From IMG/VR virus record IMGVR_UViG_3300015251_000001, positions 1,187-65,186 of that record: a stretch of 64,000 nucleotides of DNA; one strand, 5' to 3'. The notes beneath the pieces are model-generated. The model had not been told where the DNA came from. It ran no database searches and saw nothing but the letters and a program-made list of their open reading frames with translations. The stretch comes from a virus. This document shows, in pieces, positions 55,305 to 62,286 of this stretch. Position 1 is the first letter of the stretch; the number at the start of each line of letters is the position of its first letter. Made by a program: the position numbers and the translations under genes.

Positions 55305-55474
55305 CCGAGCTTCTCCCGGTTCTTCTCGTCCGCGAAGCTGTGCGCCCTCTTCCAGCGGTTTTGCAGACGGGCGCACAATCGGTGCCACTTCACGGGCACG
55401 GCACTTACGCGCCAGTAGCCGTTAATCTTGCGGAGATGGGGCTTTTCCGCGCGCCTGACGTCAGCGGCGCTCAT
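55301..55474 (-). CDS. Small basic hypothetical protein (57 aa)
   Basis: ATGA overlaps at both ends: MSAADVRRAEKPHLRKINGYWRV... Confidence 0.55.
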   Translation of the reverse strand: MSAADVRRAEKPHLRKINGYWRVSAVPVKWHRLCARLQNRWKRAHSFADEKNREKLG

Positions 55475-56310
55475 GACAGCCCCACGTAGAGGTGGGTTTG
55501 TAGGGAGAGGCGGAACCCGTACTTGAGGCAGAGCTCCCCCGCGTGATGATGATTGGCTTCGTTCCTGGTGCGATCCAGAAGACCGGGGGTCCAGAAGGAG
55601 ACAGCCTCGCCCTCGTTTCGAGCCGAGAGGTCCCCAGGCTGCGCATTTGCCTGGGTCATGAGCTTCAGTGGCCTGCCTTCCTGATAGCAGTTCATGGGGG
55701 ATACGTAAACCGGCTTCTCCTGTTCACGCATCCATTCATAAGCCCAATCGGGGGGCATGTGATAGGCATTCAGGGGGTTGGAATCAACCACGAATTTCAG
55801 GCAATCGGCTCGGGACAGAACCGCTTCCAATGGCCGGAGATAGCGACCTTTCACTGGCCCGGCCTGGCCCGGTTCCGTGCACTTAGGGCTGACGACAAGG
55901 GTCGTGTTCAGGGGGAGCAAACGTTCTATGAGCCCGTTGCTTTCGACCTGGATTTCTGCCCACTTGCTTGACTGGTGGAGCAGGAAGCCGGCCAGATTCG
56001 CTTGCAAGGTGGGCTCCCCACCAGTGACCACCAGGACAACCTGATCCCCGGCTGCGGAAGGGGCAAAGCCAAAGACAGCCGTCAGGGCGTACCGTTCGAT
56101 CTCATCAAAGGTCATCCATTCGCCTTTATCGAAGGCAGTGTCACAGAAGCTGCACGCCAGGTTGCACCTGGCCAGGCGCACGAAGACGGCCGGCCGGCCG
56201 GTGAAAGGCCCCTCTCCTTGTAGGGTGTAGAAAATCGAGGTCACCAGCAGGGAGTTCATCGGGGCGTCCTTGAACGCCCTTTGCCCTGTGATTTCGTTGG
56301 TTCCGAACAT
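55471..56310 (-). CDS. queE: 7-carboxy-7-deazaguanine synthase (radical SAM)
   Basis: IFYTLQGEG.F.G..AVFVRL..CNLACSFCDT, VTGGEP.LQ, VSPK, RLSLQTH. Confidence 0.95.
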   Translation of the reverse strand: MFGTNEITGQRAFKDAPMNSLLVTSIFYTLQGEGPFTGRPAVFVRLARCNLACSFCDTAFDKGEWMTFDEIERYALTAVFGFAPSAAGDQVVLVVTGGEPTLQANLAGFLLHQSSKWAEIQVESNGLIERLLPLNTTLVVSPKCTEPGQAGPVKGRYLRPLEAVLSRADCLKFVVDSNPLNAYHMPPDWAYEWMREQEKPVYVSPMNCYQEGRPLKLMTQANAQPGDLSARNEGEAVSFWTPGLLDRTRNEANHHHAGELCLKYGFRLSLQTHLYVGLS

Positions 56311-56344
56311 GATCCGTGCTCCTAGGGTTGATGAATCGCGCTTG

Positions 56345-56352
56345 ATCTATAC
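56345..56352 (-). promoter_or_regulatory. GTATAGAT putative promoter for the leftward (queE) operon
   Basis: In the divergent intergenic region, 34 nt before the queE ATG. Confidence 0.6.
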
Positions 56353-56359
56353 CAGGCCT

Positions 56360-56389
56360 TTACCAGGTTCAGCGTCATCACTGTATAAT
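56360..56389 (+). promoter_or_regulatory. Sigma70-like rightward promoter TTACCA-N18-TATAAT
   Basis: Consensus -10; the same -35 hexamer recurs at 57997 and 59455. Confidence 0.6.
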
Positions 56390-56427
56390 CGTAGCGTTCT
56401 ACATCAACCCAAGGAGCATCCGACATC

Positions 56428-56751
56428 ATGGCAACCCGCACCCCGAACCTGAGCATCAAGCAAGTCATGACCCTCGCAGGGGTCTCCCACATGGCCCTCT
56501 ACCACTGGCGCGCAGGATCCACAAAGCGCGAGGCCCTGCCGACTGTGGCCGGCGAGGGCCCCCGTTCCGTGGCCTTCCAGCCCCGCGTGTTGAAGGCCTG
56601 GGCAAAGAAGCATGGGGTCACGTTGAAGCAAGATCCCGTGGCCGTGGCGCTGGGCGAGGTCGAGCTGGAGTCCCCCAAACAGGCCACGAAGAAGTCTGCC
56701 AAGCCGGCCACGAAAACGGCACGTAAAGCAAAAAGTCGCACCAGCCACTGA
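56428..56751 (+). CDS. AlpA/Xis-like winged-helix DNA-binding protein with Lys/Ala-rich tail
   Basis: LSIKQVMTLAGVSHMALYHWR; tail KQATKKSAKPATKTARKAK. Confidence 0.7.
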   Translation: MATRTPNLSIKQVMTLAGVSHMALYHWRAGSTKREALPTVAGEGPRSVAFQPRVLKAWAKKHGVTLKQDPVAVALGEVELESPKQATKKSAKPATKTARKAKSRTSH

Positions 56752-56782
56752 GGCTAACGTAAGGCCACGAGCCGAGAAAGGA

Positions 56783-57526
56783 TTGATCATGGGAACCCCT
56801 CGTAAACGCATCACTGGGCTACGTAATCCGGGCTACGTAGGGGTGTCGAGGGATTCCCTGTCAGTCCCGGAAACAGCGAAAAATAAGCAAAAAGTCTCCG
56901 TGCAAAATCCCACCACCCCCCACCCCCCCTACGAAGTAGGGGTGGGGGTGGGGGCCTGCATGCGGCCGGGCGGGGGCGTGGATGCCCATGCGCCTATGCG
57001 CGAAGGCGCGGACGCCCATGCATGCGCGAACGAGGTCGAGTCTATCCTCGAACAAACGAAAACGCTTACGTCCAAGCAACGTCAGGAATTACTAGACCAG
57101 TTAAGCCTCGCAAACCAGATGACCCGGCGTGCGGGGGATGACCGGGACCTGGACATGTGGGCTGGTGCGATTTATAACGCCCTTACGAGCTGCGTTCCCG
57201 CCTCGGATGGGTCTGGATTCGGCCAGCTCCTTGTGAAGCGCGCACTAGCCCCTACGCAGAATTGGCGTCCCATCCAGAATTTTATGCAGGATTCGAAGCT
57301 CTGTGAATTGCGGGTGGTGGAACGGGCCTCCGTTTACCACATGCTGGCGGAGCTCCTCGTCCAACATGCGCAGCACGTAGCCGACCGGTCTGGTGCGCCG
57401 CTGGGCCCGAAGCTCGTGGGATCTTGTGCCCACGGTATTGCCGGGGTTTTTGACAAAGCCTTCCCCGGCTACCTTCGCGCTGGCCTGGCGAAGATTGCTG
57501 CCCGGCAGCTCGTGCGCGGAGCCTGA
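56783..57526 (+). CDS. Hypothetical protein with a G/C-skewed low-complexity N-terminal region
   Basis: RBS AAGGA; helical C-terminus ending FDKAFPGYLRAGL. Confidence 0.55.
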   Translation: MIMGTPRKRITGLRNPGYVGVSRDSLSVPETAKNKQKVSVQNPTTPHPPYEVGVGVGACMRPGGGVDAHAPMREGADAHACANEVESILEQTKTLTSKQRQELLDQLSLANQMTRRAGDDRDLDMWAGAIYNALTSCVPASDGSGFGQLLVKRALAPTQNWRPIQNFMQDSKLCELRVVERASVYHMLAELLVQHAQHVADRSGAPLGPKLVGSCAHGIAGVFDKAFPGYLRAGLAKIAARQLVRGA

Positions 57527-57528
57527 TC

Positions 57529-57783
57529 ATGCTGTTTGTTGGCGGGCCCCTGCATGGGCATTTAGTGCCGGAGGGCGCGCAGGGCTTTCTCGTAAGGGGC
57601 GAGGTAGTGCTCCGGGTGGTGGTGCTTGACCGTGACGATGCCGGCCACCTGGTGCAGACCGCCAGGGCCTACCTGCGGATTCCCTATTGGAGGATGGGGA
57701 AGCCCTTGCTCTACTTCTTCGGGCTGGTGGGGATGGATCAGGACGAGCTGATTGCCCAGGCAAGAAAGCTCATTGGGCCATGA
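57529..57783 (+). CDS. Hypothetical protein
   Basis: FVGGPLHG start; operon spacing. Confidence 0.55.
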   Translation: MLFVGGPLHGHLVPEGAQGFLVRGEVVLRVVVLDRDDAGHLVQTARAYLRIPYWRMGKPLLYFFGLVGMDQDELIAQARKLIGP

Positions 57784-57977
57784 CCCGGCGTATCCGCCTT
57801 CGTCTGCCAGTCGTTGGGCTGCACCGGCGCACGTGCACGAGGGTTCTTGCCCAGCCCTGGCCCTTCTTGTATTCCGTGGTGGGCGGGGAGCTGATCAAGA
57901 ACCTTCCCCCGGTGCCTTCAGTTGCCAAGAAATCCCGGAAAACGCGTCGTCGTGTGAGGATGCCCACGACCGGCTGA
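57780..57977 (+). CDS. Small Arg-rich hypothetical protein
   Basis: ATGA overlap; MTRRIRLRL...KTRRRVRMP. Confidence 0.45.
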   Translation: MTRRIRLRLPVVGLHRRTCTRVLAQPWPFLYSVVGGELIKNLPPVPSVAKKSRKTRRRVRMPTTG

Positions 57978-57996
57978 AATTTCTGCCGTAACCACG

Positions 57997-58044
57997 TTAC
58001 CAAGCAGCATCTATCTACCTAGAATTGCTTCATCGGATCAGCAA
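57997..58044 (+). promoter_or_regulatory. Early promoter TTACCA-N17-TAGAAT with 28-bp repeat (58017-58044)
   Basis: acctagaattgcttcatcggatcagcaa is identical to 59476-59503. Confidence 0.7.
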
Positions 58045-58076
58045 GGGGCGGATCCGGCAACCACCTGGAGATAGAA

Positions 58077-58352
58077 ATGACCACACCCTATCGTTATGCC
58101 GTTGCTGATAACATCAGCAAGACCACAGTCAGGGTCACGCGCTTGGACTATGGAATCCGAACGACAAAGACCGGAATTGTCGAAAAGATTGGTCCTTATC
58201 AGTTTCGGGCCATTCGGCATTTTGGCGGCCACTTGGCAAAGATTTTTGATACTTCCGATCATGGGGCTTTGTGCATAGACGAGCCGGCCCTGTATCACGC
58301 TGCATTGCAGTGGGCTTGTGGTGGCTTCGACTACTTGGCGCCACGTTTCTGA
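58077..58352 (+). CDS. Early hypothetical protein
   Basis: RBS ACCTGGAGATAGAAATG. Confidence 0.65.
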   Translation: MTTPYRYAVADNISKTTVRVTRLDYGIRTTKTGIVEKIGPYQFRAIRHFGGHLAKIFDTSDHGALCIDEPALYHAALQWACGGFDYLAPRF

Positions 58353-58407
58353 TTCCATCCCACAGCGCAACCAGCTCTGTGGGATGTGGATTCCCCGCAT
58401 CATCAAC
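58349..58407 (+). repeat. 59-bp hairpin element, copy 1
   Basis: 56/59 identical to 59606-59664; ATCCCACAG/CTGTGGGAT stem. Confidence 0.9.
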
Positions 58408-58419
58408 CTGGAGATAGAA

Positions 58420-58563
58420 ATGACCACGATAAGCAAGCGCGATTCCATGATTGCCTGGGCTGCGATGAGCCGCAAGGTCCGCCACGGCATGCGCGCCACT
58501 TGCTCAGTGATCGAGCTGGATGCCTCCGGCCATGTGATCTCTGCTCGCCACGTCTGGCTGTAA
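58420..58563 (+). CDS. Small early protein (47 aa)
   Basis: Same RBS ACCTGGAGATAGAAATG. Confidence 0.55.
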   Translation: MTTISKRDSMIAWAAMSRKVRHGMRATCSVIELDASGHVISARHVWL

Positions 58564-58799
58564 GGGGGACCTCATGGACGACTTTGGCACCAGCATCCTC
58601 GGCTACTCCACGGACTCAGACTACGAACAGTGGCTGATCAGTACTAGCACTTACGGGGGCTACTCCCTGGACGCTTGGTCCCGCTCGGAGCGGGCTGAAA
58701 TCTGACCCCCACACCCTGCGCCCCCAGGGCGCATTAGTGGCGGCCAACGCTACCGACCGGGCCGGATGCCCGGATCCTATCTGCCCCGGAGATTTCAAC

Positions 58800-59051
58800 A
58801 TGACCACCAGCACCAATCCCGCATCCATGATCAGCATCAGTTCCACGCAGCGCACAGACGCCGGCACCAACCTTCCGATTGATCCGCTTTACGCGGCCTG
58901 TTTCGCGCTGTCCATGGCCGTTCTGATCCCCTGCGTTGTGATGGCTTTCAAGGGCCGGGGCGAATCCAAGCGCTTGCGCGCCGATGAGGCTCTGCTGTCG
59001 GCCACCCGTGCGGCCACCAACGCCAAGATCCACGCCGGCCGCAAGGTCTGA
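58800..59051 (+). CDS. Small membrane-anchored early protein
   Basis: RBS GGAG; one hydrophobic helix. Confidence 0.5.
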   Translation: MTTSTNPASMISISSTQRTDAGTNLPIDPLYAACFALSMAVLIPCVVMAFKGRGESKRLRADEALLSATRAATNAKIHAGRKV

Positions 59052-59094
59052 TGATGCCATCGGCAAGGGCACCAAGCTCTTGCCGATGGCATCA
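59052..59094. other. Long intergenic hairpin (16-bp perfect stem) without U-tract
   Basis: TGATGCCATCGGCAAG / CTTGCCGATGGCATCA. Confidence 0.85.
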
Positions 59095-59124
59095 CCACTA
59101 AACCTACGACCTTTGGAGCAAATC

Positions 59125-59427
59125 ATGCTCGTTCCCGCTCATCTCCTCCCTCGGATCCTGGGGCAATCCTCGCCCCCGGTGATCCACCTCTACCAGGCCC
59201 TCTTCGGGGGCGTGATCGTCTGCCTTGGCCAGGAGCTCGCCAGCACCATGGCCGAAGCGGTCGTCATGCGGGAGCTGGGCCTGGACGTGAGCCTGGAAAC
59301 TGGGCATTACGAGCCGGTTGAGGGGGCCCAGGAAAAGGCCAGTGATCGGAGCCTGCCGCTTCTTGGGAGGGTCTACTACGATCTGCCAAGCGTGGTGGTC
59401 TGCGTGAATTTCCTTCGCGGCGTGTAA
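59125..59427 (+). CDS. Early hypothetical protein
   Basis: RBS GGAG. Confidence 0.5.
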   Translation: MLVPAHLLPRILGQSSPPVIHLYQALFGGVIVCLGQELASTMAEAVVMRELGLDVSLETGHYEPVEGAQEKASDRSLPLLGRVYYDLPSVVVCVNFLRGV

Positions 59428-59454
59428 TTCGCCACCTTTTCACCATCACCTACG

Positions 59455-59503
59455 TTACCAGGGAGCCCCAACGTAACCTAGAATTGCTTCATCGGATCAG
59501 CAA
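59455..59503 (+). promoter_or_regulatory. Early promoter TTACCA-N18-TAGAAT with 28-bp repeat
   Basis: Second copy of the 58017-58044 repeat. Confidence 0.7.
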
Positions 59504-59519
59504 CCAGACGGAGCACACC

Positions 59520-59609
59520 ATGACCCTAGTCCTTATCGCCTGCGTAATCAGTGGCTGGACAATCGGTCGTGCTGTCTCCAAGCTGCTTGGCGTTGCTGCT
59601 CTGGCCTGA
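59520..59609 (+). CDS. 29-aa hydrophobic peptide
   Basis: RBS GGAG; MTLVLIACVISGWTIGRAVSKLLGVAALA. Confidence 0.45.
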   Translation: MTLVLIACVISGWTIGRAVSKLLGVAALA

Positions 59610-59664
59610 TTCCACCCCACAGCGCAACCAGCTCTGTGGGATGTGGATTCCTCACATCATCAAC
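59606..59664 (+). repeat. 59-bp hairpin element, copy 2
   Basis: See copy 1. Confidence 0.9.
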
Positions 59665-59679
59665 AATCACGGAGAAATT

Positions 59680-60270
59680 ATGACGATGCTTAGTTACCAC
59701 AACGACCCAGTCATCAAGGCCAAATACATCGCGCGCTTTGAAGCACACCGATCAGCAGATCAAGTGGTTCAAGGTCAAGGATTTGATAGCAAAACCGGTC
59801 GGGGATGCTTCGTCGGCTGCACGTTGGACGCCTATGAGCACTCGCACTTCCCGGTCGAGTTGGGTTGGCCCATTTGGTTGGCCCATTTGGCTGATACCAT
59901 TTTTGAGGGGCTCCCAAAGTCTGAAGCTCCAGCGTTCGGAACTGATTTACTGGCTTGTGTCCCAGTGGGCATCGATTTGGAAATTGTCAGGGTTCCGTTT
60001 CTTGTTTCCGTGCAGAGGCGGAACCTCGATCGTCTGTCAGGAAATTTCGAGCCGTATGCGGAACAGTGCCGTACCGCTATTCAAGGTGTAATTAATTTTT
60101 TACTTGCCGATGCGCCATCGGCAGAGTCGGCGGCAGAGTCGGCAGAGTCGGCGGCAAGGTCGGCAAGGTCGGCATGGTCGGCGGCAGAGTCGGCAGAGTC
60201 GGCAGAGTCGCAAATCCAACGGGACGTTTTGTTGAGTATTCTCCGAAGCCTGCGGATCCCCAAGAAATAA
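59680..60270 (+). CDS. Early protein with AES/ARS/AWS repeat tract
   Basis: GCFVGCTL...LAHLADTIFEGL; SAESAAESAESAARSARSAWSAAES tract; AT-richer DNA. Confidence 0.7.
   Translation: MTMLSYHNDPVIKAKYIARFEAHRSADQVVQGQGFDSKTGRGCFVGCTLDAYEHSHFPVELGWPIWLAHLADTIFEGLPKSEAPAFGTDLLACVPVGIDLEIVRVPFLVSVQRRNLDRLSGNFEPYAEQCRTAIQGVINFLLADAPSAESAAESAESAARSARSAWSAAESAESAESQIQRDVLLSILRSLRIPKK
60118..60210 (+). repeat. Degenerate 9/12-bp tandem repeats (GGCAGAGTC-based)
   Basis: Direct reading; encodes the AES/ARS/AWS tract in frame. Confidence 0.85.
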
Positions 60271-60310
60271 CACCTTCGCGAATTCCCCGTATCCCAACCT
60301 GGAGATAGAA

Positions 60311-61384
60311 ATGACCGATGCAACCCCCAGCAATCCCGTTCCCTCCTCTGGCGAAGCCATCCAAGCCGCAGCGGCTGCCGAGGCCGCAAGCGCCCTGGCC
60401 AAGGCATCCGGCAAGAAGCCCGGCACCGCTCGGCAAGAAGCCCCCGGCATCCTGAAGCGCAGCAACAGCTACTTCGCCGATCCCGCGATGATCACGCGCC
60501 GCGAAGGCTTCAATGCTCGTTTCGATATGGGGGACATCGAGGTCCTCGCTTCGCAGATCAAGGCCAAGAAGGAGCAGGACCCGGAAAGCGGGGGGCTGAT
60601 TCACGACATCCACGTCAAGCGCTTGGTCAAGGGGGACTGCCGCCTGGCGCAGGGCTTCGCCTTCGAGGTCATCGACGGCGACCGCCGCTTGACTGCGATT
60701 GAGCACCTGATGAAGAAGGGTTTGGCGTTCGAGATCGGCGTGCCGGTCAAGATTGTGAACAAGGACCAATCCGAGGTGCAGGATCTGATCCAGATGTTCG
60801 TGGCGAACGAGGGCAAGCCGTTTCTCCCCCTGGAAGAAGCCGCGGCCTATCAGCGGCTGCGGGATGCCGGCCTGACCGTGAAGGAAATCTGCGCAGCGGT
60901 CAGCCGGTCTTCGGTGCACGTGACGGCCATCCTCGCCCTCGCCAATGCCGACGAAAGCCTCAAGCAGGCAGTGAAGGATGGCAAGGTCAACAAGATGATG
61001 GCTCGCAACATTGCAACAAATGCTCGGGGCGACAAGACTAAGCAGGCTGAATTGACTGCGGCTGCCGTGGCCGCCGGATCCGACAAGGGCGCCAAGCGCA
61101 AGGTCATTCGCGAGGTGGAGCAGGCGAAGCAGACCAAGGCCGTGAAGAAGGGAGCCAAGCGCATTCCGAAGATGAGGGCTCTGAGCGATGAGGAACTGTC
61201 GGCTCTGGGGGCCTCTATTGCCGCCCGCCTGCCGAAGCTGGTGCTGGACGCCAAGATCATGATGCACCAGGAAAATCTCGAGTCATGGATTGGCCAGGAC
61301 GACAAGCTTGCCGTGGCCTTCACCTTCGGAGCCTTGCAAGCCTTGAAGGCTGCTGCTGGCCTCAAAGTCAAGCTGGAGCTCTGA
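60311..61384 (+). CDS. parB: ParB-like protein (ParB N-terminal fold plus HTH)
   Basis: FNAR, EVIDGDRRL.A, ANEGKPFLPLEEAAAYQRL...LTVKEICAAVSRS..HV. Confidence 0.82.
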   Translation: MTDATPSNPVPSSGEAIQAAAAAEAASALAKASGKKPGTARQEAPGILKRSNSYFADPAMITRREGFNARFDMGDIEVLASQIKAKKEQDPESGGLIHDIHVKRLVKGDCRLAQGFAFEVIDGDRRLTAIEHLMKKGLAFEIGVPVKIVNKDQSEVQDLIQMFVANEGKPFLPLEEAAAYQRLRDAGLTVKEICAAVSRSSVHVTAILALANADESLKQAVKDGKVNKMMARNIATNARGDKTKQAELTAAAVAAGSDKGAKRKVIREVEQAKQTKAVKKGAKRIPKMRALSDEELSALGASIAARLPKLVLDAKIMMHQENLESWIGQDDKLAVAFTFGALQALKAAAGLKVKLEL

Positions 61385-61544
61385 TCGTGGGGGTCCCGGA
61401 TCCCGTGGACCCCGAACAAGTGGCACGTTTACGTAAAAAGGCGGCCCGCGCCACCCTCCGGAAGCGTGCCTTTGTGAAGGCCAAGAATGCCCGCGAGGCC
61501 CGTACCAGGGCCTCCTCCGAAACCCAGCACCAAGGAGATTCCAA

Positions 61545-61760
61545 ATGCTCGAAGCAGGAAGAGTGATACCGAAGAATTTGGATTGGTTGGTGGTGGAAGA
61601 CGGGAGGATCGTGTCCGCTCATCGCGTGAAGTGCACGGCCAGGATTGAGGCGGACGCCCGGGGATCCGGAGCCGCGATCCTGCTCCAGCAGGATCCGTCG
61701 GCCATGCTTCACATGGGCCAGCGTGTTCGCAACAACAAAGGCTTCGCGCTTCCGGCCTGA
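61545..61760 (+). CDS. Hypothetical protein
   Basis: RBS AAGGAG. Confidence 0.45.
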   Translation: MLEAGRVIPKNLDWLVVEDGRIVSAHRVKCTARIEADARGSGAAILLQQDPSAMLHMGQRVRNNKGFALPA

Positions 61761-61781
61761 TTCGCTCACTGACCCAGGCCG

Positions 61782-61789
61782 GTATAGAT
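61782..61789 (+). promoter_or_regulatory. GTATAGAT putative promoter upstream of queD
   Basis: Intergenic, 41 nt before ATG 61831. Confidence 0.6.
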
Positions 61790-61830
61790 TGGGGTGCAAT
61801 TCCCCAATTCCCAATCCATTTGGAGCCCTC

Positions 61831-62274
61831 ATGCACTACTCCACCAAGACCTACGGCCACGAGATCGGCCTCAGCGCCTGCTTTCGTCAGCACCGTGCCG
61901 AATCCCATTGCCGGCTGCTCCACGGCTATGCCCTGGCCGTGAAGCTGACCTTTGCTGCTGAGGGGCTGGATGTCCGTAACTGGGTCGTCGACTTCGGCAG
62001 CCTCAAATCCCTGAAAGGCTGGTTGGAGGGCACCTTCGACCACACCCTGTTGGTGGCGGAAGACGATCCCATGAAGTCATACCTGCTTGATCTGGACAAG
62101 ATGGGCCTGGCCAAGGTAGTTGAGGTGCCGGCCACTGGCTGCGAGGCCTTCGCTGAGCTGATCTTCCATGCCACGGAAATTTGGCTGGAGGACAACGGAT
62201 ACACCCCGCGCTGTGAGCTCGTCAGCGTGGAGGTTTCAGAACATGGCGCTAACAGCGCCAGTTATTCTCTTTAG
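61831..62274 (+). CDS. queD: 6-carboxy-5,6,7,8-tetrahydropterin synthase
   Basis: FRQHRAESHC.LLHGY, WVVDFG.LK, FDHTLL, CEAFAE, EHGANSA. Confidence 0.93.
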   Translation: MHYSTKTYGHEIGLSACFRQHRAESHCRLLHGYALAVKLTFAAEGLDVRNWVVDFGSLKSLKGWLEGTFDHTLLVAEDDPMKSYLLDLDKMGLAKVVEVPATGCEAFAELIFHATEIWLEDNGYTPRCELVSVEVSEHGANSASYSL

Positions 62275-62286
62275 CTCTTTAACCTG

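Noticed and set aside
56317-56418. Invertible promoter segment
   Set aside because: The arms coincide with the two ribosome-binding sites and no recombinase was recognised; kept only as a regulatory observation.
58349-58407. 59-bp hairpin after a stop codon as an integron attC site
   Set aside because: Lacks RYYYAAC/GTTRRRY ends and no integron integrase is present.
57997-59664. Repeats as a CRISPR array
   Set aside because: Only two copies of each, about 1.3-1.5 kb apart, with coding spacers and no cas genes.
60118-60210. Variable repeat as a diversity-generating retroelement target
   Set aside because: No reverse transcriptase and no template/variable pair with adenine-specific differences.
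60311-61384. ParB as evidence for a plasmid-prophage lifestyle
   Set aside because: No ParA, integrase or clear repressor recognised; ParB-like folds also occur near DNA-modification genes.
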